A DNA stretch of 64,000 nucleotides from an uncultured Planctomycetota bacterium (GTDB lineage Bacteria; Planctomycetota; Planctomycetia; Pirellulales; Lacipirellulaceae), in the NCBI GenBank assembly GCA_963719315.1, contig CAVRBU010000002.1, positions 1,632,001 through 1,696,000 on the forward strand, given 5' to 3'. Positions 59,983 through 64,000 of this stretch are shown here, piece by piece. A model generated the notes under the pieces. The model worked only from the letters and a program-made list of their open reading frames with translations. It was not told where the DNA came from and ran no database searches. A program made the translations under genes and the position numbers. The number at the start of each line of letters is the position of its first letter. Within the stretch, counting starts at the first letter, position 1.

Positions 59983-61116
59983 TTACTCGCTAGCCACTTC
60001 TTCGCCGGCGATCGTCGCCTTGCCCTGATAAACCAGCATATCGATGTTTTCAGGGAGAAAAGTGGCTGACCCGTCGGCGAACAGGAAATTGCATCCGCCG
60101 GGGTGGTCGCTGCGGAAATTGCTGGCATAGCTTTTGCCCACGTTCGTGCCGTTTATCGCGTCCGGGTAGCTGTAGGGCTTACCTCGGCTGTCCGCGCAAG
60201 CAACTTTCGGATTTTGACTGTTTAAGGCCGCACTATCGATAAACGATTCAGTGACCGGGTTTTTGTTCATCGGGTCCACGGTGGCGGCGAAGATGCTGCT
60301 CAGCGGCCCCAGTTGACTTACGTAGGATGTGCTGTTGGGTTGTCCAGCGATCCAGGGGAACCAGGCGTAAGTGTCCCCTGTGGGACCATTGTCGACGCTG
60401 GTGCAGCGCGTCGCTGCCGTACCACTTATACCCCGACAAACCTTCCACTTGGGATCGCTGCTCGCTTCTCCCATGGCAATTGTCTTGCTCGTGCCATCGG
60501 TAATTTTCTTGATGGAGGCGCCCCAGCCGATGTTGAAGATTCCGTTTAGGTCGCGCCGCACAGGACCAGATTTGACTTCTAGCGAGCCCAGACCCGCCAC
60601 AATCGAGCTGCTATCGATGCAATACGCATCCGTGTTGCCTTTGCAATACGCGTAGTCGCTCGTCCCAAAGTTCGCGTTGCGGCTACCACCGAGTACACTT
60701 TGTAGGGGCTGATACAAGTAAGGATTTGGTTCCCCGCTCGAGGGGCAATTGAACATCGCGATCACCGTGTCGCCGACTCCGGCTTTCTGGTCGTACCAGG
60801 CTCGGCTTTGGTCGTAGAGGCTGTTCAGCAACGTCTCCTCCAGATAGGGAAGAATCTTCGTGTTCGCATTGGCGAAATAGCCGTCTGACGTGCCTTTGAC
60901 GAGCCACCCCTTGGGAAATGTGTTGTTCGAGTTTTCGTAGTTGAGCAGGCCGATGCCACATTGCTTGAGATTATTGATGCATTGCGATCGGCGCGCTGCC
61001 TCGCGGGCAGCTTGGATCGCCGGCAGCAACAGCGCGACTAAAATGCCGATGATCGCAATCACGACCAACAGCTCAACCAGCGTGAAACCTCTCGACAAAG
61101 GGCGACGAAAGACCAT
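59983..61116 (-). CDS. DUF1559 prepilin-type N-terminal cleavage/methylation protein
   Basis: GFTLVELLVVIAIIGILVALLLPAIQAAREAARRSQC.NNLKQ, ITDGTSKT, FRSDHPGGCNFLFADGS. Confidence 0.96.
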   Translation of the reverse strand: MVFRRPLSRGFTLVELLVVIAIIGILVALLLPAIQAAREAARRSQCINNLKQCGIGLLNYENSNNTFPKGWLVKGTSDGYFANANTKILPYLEETLLNSLYDQSRAWYDQKAGVGDTVIAMFNCPSSGEPNPYLYQPLQSVLGGSRNANFGTSDYAYCKGNTDAYCIDSSSIVAGLGSLEVKSGPVRRDLNGIFNIGWGASIKKITDGTSKTIAMGEASSDPKWKVCRGISGTAATRCTSVDNGPTGDTYAWFPWIAGQPNSTSYVSQLGPLSSIFAATVDPMNKNPVTESFIDSAALNSQNPKVACADSRGKPYSYPDAINGTNVGKSYASNFRSDHPGGCNFLFADGSATFLPENIDMLVYQGKATIAGEEVASE

Positions 61117-61652
61117 TATCATTCCTCCACGATTGCTCATGCCCGATTCGGCCGATCAGCAGCAAATGAGAACGACCGCCGGGCCTACCGCCTGGGTCGT
61201 TCGGATCAATCTCCAGGTCCATGGAAGCCGATGCTAAACCTGTTTGCGTATCAAAAGCGCGACGAGTTATTGAAGAGCGTCAATCCCCAACGAGTGCCGC
61301 GGTTCCGAAGCGGCTTCGGACGAAAACCGGTTTCAAAAAGACCGATGCCACCTGTCATCCCAAGCGAAGCGAAGGGACTTACGTGCTGGCAGGCCAGAAT
61401 CTGTGCCTGACTTTGCACGACAGCACCTTTCTATTCGACGGTTTGGGAACTGTTTCTAATAATAATCTACCAGATCGCGTTACAAATTGCACTACTTTCT
61501 TGCGTTTGCGCTTCGAATCCTCATATAATCGTGGTGGTTCCGGGGCGTTTTCGCTCGCCGGCGGCCTGGCACGTCGAGAATCCATTCCAACCAAGAGCGT
61601 CTGCGCCCGTTATTCCATCACTTCCTCGTCCAAAACCGCTGGAGATATTCCC

Positions 61653-62889
61653 ATGAAATGCCCTATTCGTCGTAGCTGGCAATTGGTGTGCCTGTTGCTG
61701 CTGGTGGGAGGAATTGCTCGGGCAGATGAAAAGCAAGATGCCGTGCGGTCGGGCTTCGCCGAGAAGGTGTCGAATAACGCTCTCTTTGCCCGGCCGGCCA
61801 CCGACAAGGGGAGCGGCACGCGCTTTGATCTGGTCAATGGAGCGGCCCAGGTACCGGTCGTTGTGGTGCGGGGAACGCCCTATGAAATGGGTTGGCATTT
61901 GGGACAGCTCACGCGTAAGGAAATGCAGGCGTTTATCCCCCCGGCACTGGTCGGCGTGGCCCGCGAGTTAAAAGTTTCTCAAGACGTGTTGGAAGAGGTA
62001 TGGGCTCGTTCGGCCGCTTATGCCGACGATCGGGTCGAGCAAGAAATGGCTGGCTTGGCCGACGGGTCAGGCGTACCTTTGCGGACGTTGCAGGCGATCC
62101 ACGCCGTTCCGCTCTTGATGCCCTATTCATGCAGCAGCATTGCGGCATGGGGCCAGGCCACGGCCGATGGGCATTTGTATCAGACGCGCAATCTCGATTG
62201 GAGTCTCGAGGTCGGAGCCCATGAATATCCAGTGATCGTCGTCTATGTGCCGGACCACGGCATTCCCCACGTGGTGCCCAGCTTCGCCGGAGTGATTGGA
62301 GCCCACACGGGCCTCAACGCTCGCGGAATCGTGCTGGCCGAGATGGGCAACGCGCCTGCCAAAGAAGTGCCCTATCAGGTCCATGCGCCACATTTCACGG
62401 TGTTTAATCGTACGCTGTTGTACGATGCCGATTCATTGACTCGGGCGTTGGATATCTTTCTCGCCCTGCCAATGACGAAGCGGTATCACTTCGTATTTGG
62501 AGACGGCCTGAATGAACATCGCGCGGTGAAGATCCGCGCATTCACCCGAGCCGCCCAATCGCCGCGTCGTGGTCTGGAAGGACAACGATCCGACCGATGA
62601 ATTTGCTCCTAACGTGCTACCGTGCGTGGTCTACAACGACGAAGGCCGCGGCGCTTTTCCCACGATCAAGAAAGAGTATGGGAAGCTGAACGGAGAAAAA
62701 CTGATCGAGCTTGCGAATCGGATTCCGATCAAAGGTGGCAATGTCGAGAACGCCGTTTATGATGCCACTGGTTTGAGGCTCTGGGTCTCTTATGCCAAGG
62801 GCGATCAAGAGGCGTACCAGCGACCATACGTGTACTTGGATTTGAAAACGCTGGACGCCGATCACGATGGTACGCCGGATTTCAAATAA
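61653..62889 (+). CDS. Secreted C45-family Ntn hydrolase/peptidase, frameshift near 62540 (probable sequencing error)
   Basis: GTPYEMGWHLG, EMAGLADG, SCSSIAAWG.AT.DG, TRNLDW, GLNARG; C-terminus continues in ORF 62569-62889. Confidence 0.82.
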
Positions 62890-62904
62890 ACTGTTCGTGT
62901 CTCT

Positions 62905-63189
62905 TGCTGATTGCGCGTTCCCGTGGGCTAAGCCTTGAAGAGTATCTGGCTGAGCTTTTATTTCGGGAGAGGAAGCGATTCGACTGATTGAGGCCGAGAC
63001 CGGTCCAGGCAATCCTTCCTATCAGGGAACGTATTCGCGAGAAGACATCTACTTTAACCACGACTGATGACTTACCTCGTGGATACCGGCGTCCTATTGA
63101 GGGTCTTCGCACTCAATACTCGCGACTTCCAGCGATACCCTGAGATTTCGGCCGCAACTCCCGCGAGTGCTGTCGCTGAAACCAAGTAA
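62905..63189 (+). pseudogene. VapBC-like toxin-antitoxin remnant
   Basis: Antitoxin tail ARSRGLSLEEYL/…YSREDIYFNHD* overlaps (TGATG) a 40-aa ORF at 63067-63189, MTYLVDTGVLLRVF-ALNTRDFQRYPEISAATP, i.e. fused PIN N- and C-termini. Confidence 0.75.
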
Positions 63190-63207
63190 GGAAATTGTCT
63201 ACCCCAG

Positions 63208-63822
63208 ATGTTCCTTTCCTTCGATGGCATCGATGGAACGGGGAAGTCGACACAAGTCGGCCTGTTGGCGGACGCGCTGCGCGGTCGCGGGCGTGAAGTT
63301 GTCGTCTGCCGCGATCCGGGCAGCACGCCGCTGGGGGAGCGGATTCGAGAGGTGCTGCTCGCGAGCGACGCCGGGACGCCGATTGGCCGGCGGAGCGAGA
63401 TGTTGCTGTATATGGCGGCCCGAGCCCAACTCGTCGAGGAAGTCATTCGCCCTGCCCTCGATGCCGGCCGGACCGTCGTTGCCGACCGTTATATCCTGGC
63501 AAACGTGGTGTATCAGGGCCACGCGGGTGGGATCGATCCGGAGGAAATCTGGCAGGTGGGGCGGGTGGCGACGCAGGGGCTGATGCCGGATTGCGTGTTT
63601 TTGTTGGATATGGCGCCCGAGGGTGCAGGTGTCCGGCTCAATCGACCGTTGGATCGCATGGAAAGCCAGGGAGAGGACTATCGCCGGCGGTTGCGGGCCG
63701 GGTTTTTGAAGGAAGCCGACGGCTGCGACCGGATTTACGTGATCGCCGCCGACCGACCGGTGGAGGTCGTGCAGGCCGAAATCTGGCGAATAGTGACCAA
63801 AATGCTGGGGTTCGACGAATAG
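63208..63822 (+). CDS. tmk: Thymidylate kinase
   Basis: FDGIDGTGKSTQ, RDPG, LLYMAARAQL, VADRY...VYQG. Confidence 0.96.
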   Translation: MFLSFDGIDGTGKSTQVGLLADALRGRGREVVVCRDPGSTPLGERIREVLLASDAGTPIGRRSEMLLYMAARAQLVEEVIRPALDAGRTVVADRYILANVVYQGHAGGIDPEEIWQVGRVATQGLMPDCVFLLDMAPEGAGVRLNRPLDRMESQGEDYRRRLRAGFLKEADGCDRIYVIAADRPVEVVQAEIWRIVTKMLGFDE

Positions 63823-64000
63823 CGGTCGGCCGGCGCGATTGTCCACAGCCAGGGGACAGTTTCCCTTTTTCGTCGCAACGCTCGAATACGCCCGGGTTGT
63901 CTCATTCGACATACGAAGATTGACGGAATTTTTCGAGAAGACTAGAATTCCTGGCCAGATACCGCGCGTGGCGGTGATTCGGCTGAGGAACGACGGACAG

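Noticed and set aside
1..64000. CRISPR array, rRNA or tRNA genes
   Set aside because: No regularly spaced direct repeats with unique spacers, no cas genes, and no recognisable rRNA or tRNA signatures by eye.

Overview
GC-rich bacterial chromosomal window, almost certainly Planctomycetota (DUF1549 and DUF1559 genes, BamB-like PQQ propeller, several PEP-CTERM proteins with a Pirellulales-type dockerin-like motif; the taxonomy is inferred). Most of it is housekeeping or metabolic genes: metG, hisI, kdsB, glmS, a divergent pgk, a phosphohexomutase, apbE, folD, pgpA, sulfite reductase hemoprotein and tmk. It also holds a sulfatase, an HD-GYP protein, an mddA-like methyltransferase, a PEP-CTERM/TolC/DUF1559 cluster, four toxin-antitoxin loci (three damaged), an IS110-family element with a long structured 3' non-coding end, an IS630 element with clear TIRs, and an IS5-like remnant. 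The most unusual signal is non-coding. A ~215 bp colinear conserved element occurs twice, 34 kb apart (9154-9370 and 43398-43612), built of alternating TTGC boxes and IHF-like sites. There is also a dense set of REP-like palindromes and 7-bp and 9-bp periodic repeats, some inserted in-frame into coding genes (glmS, the RmlD-like gene). Several frameshifts fall in homopolymer or CG-dinucleotide runs and may be assembly errors. No rRNA, tRNA or CRISPR array was recognised.
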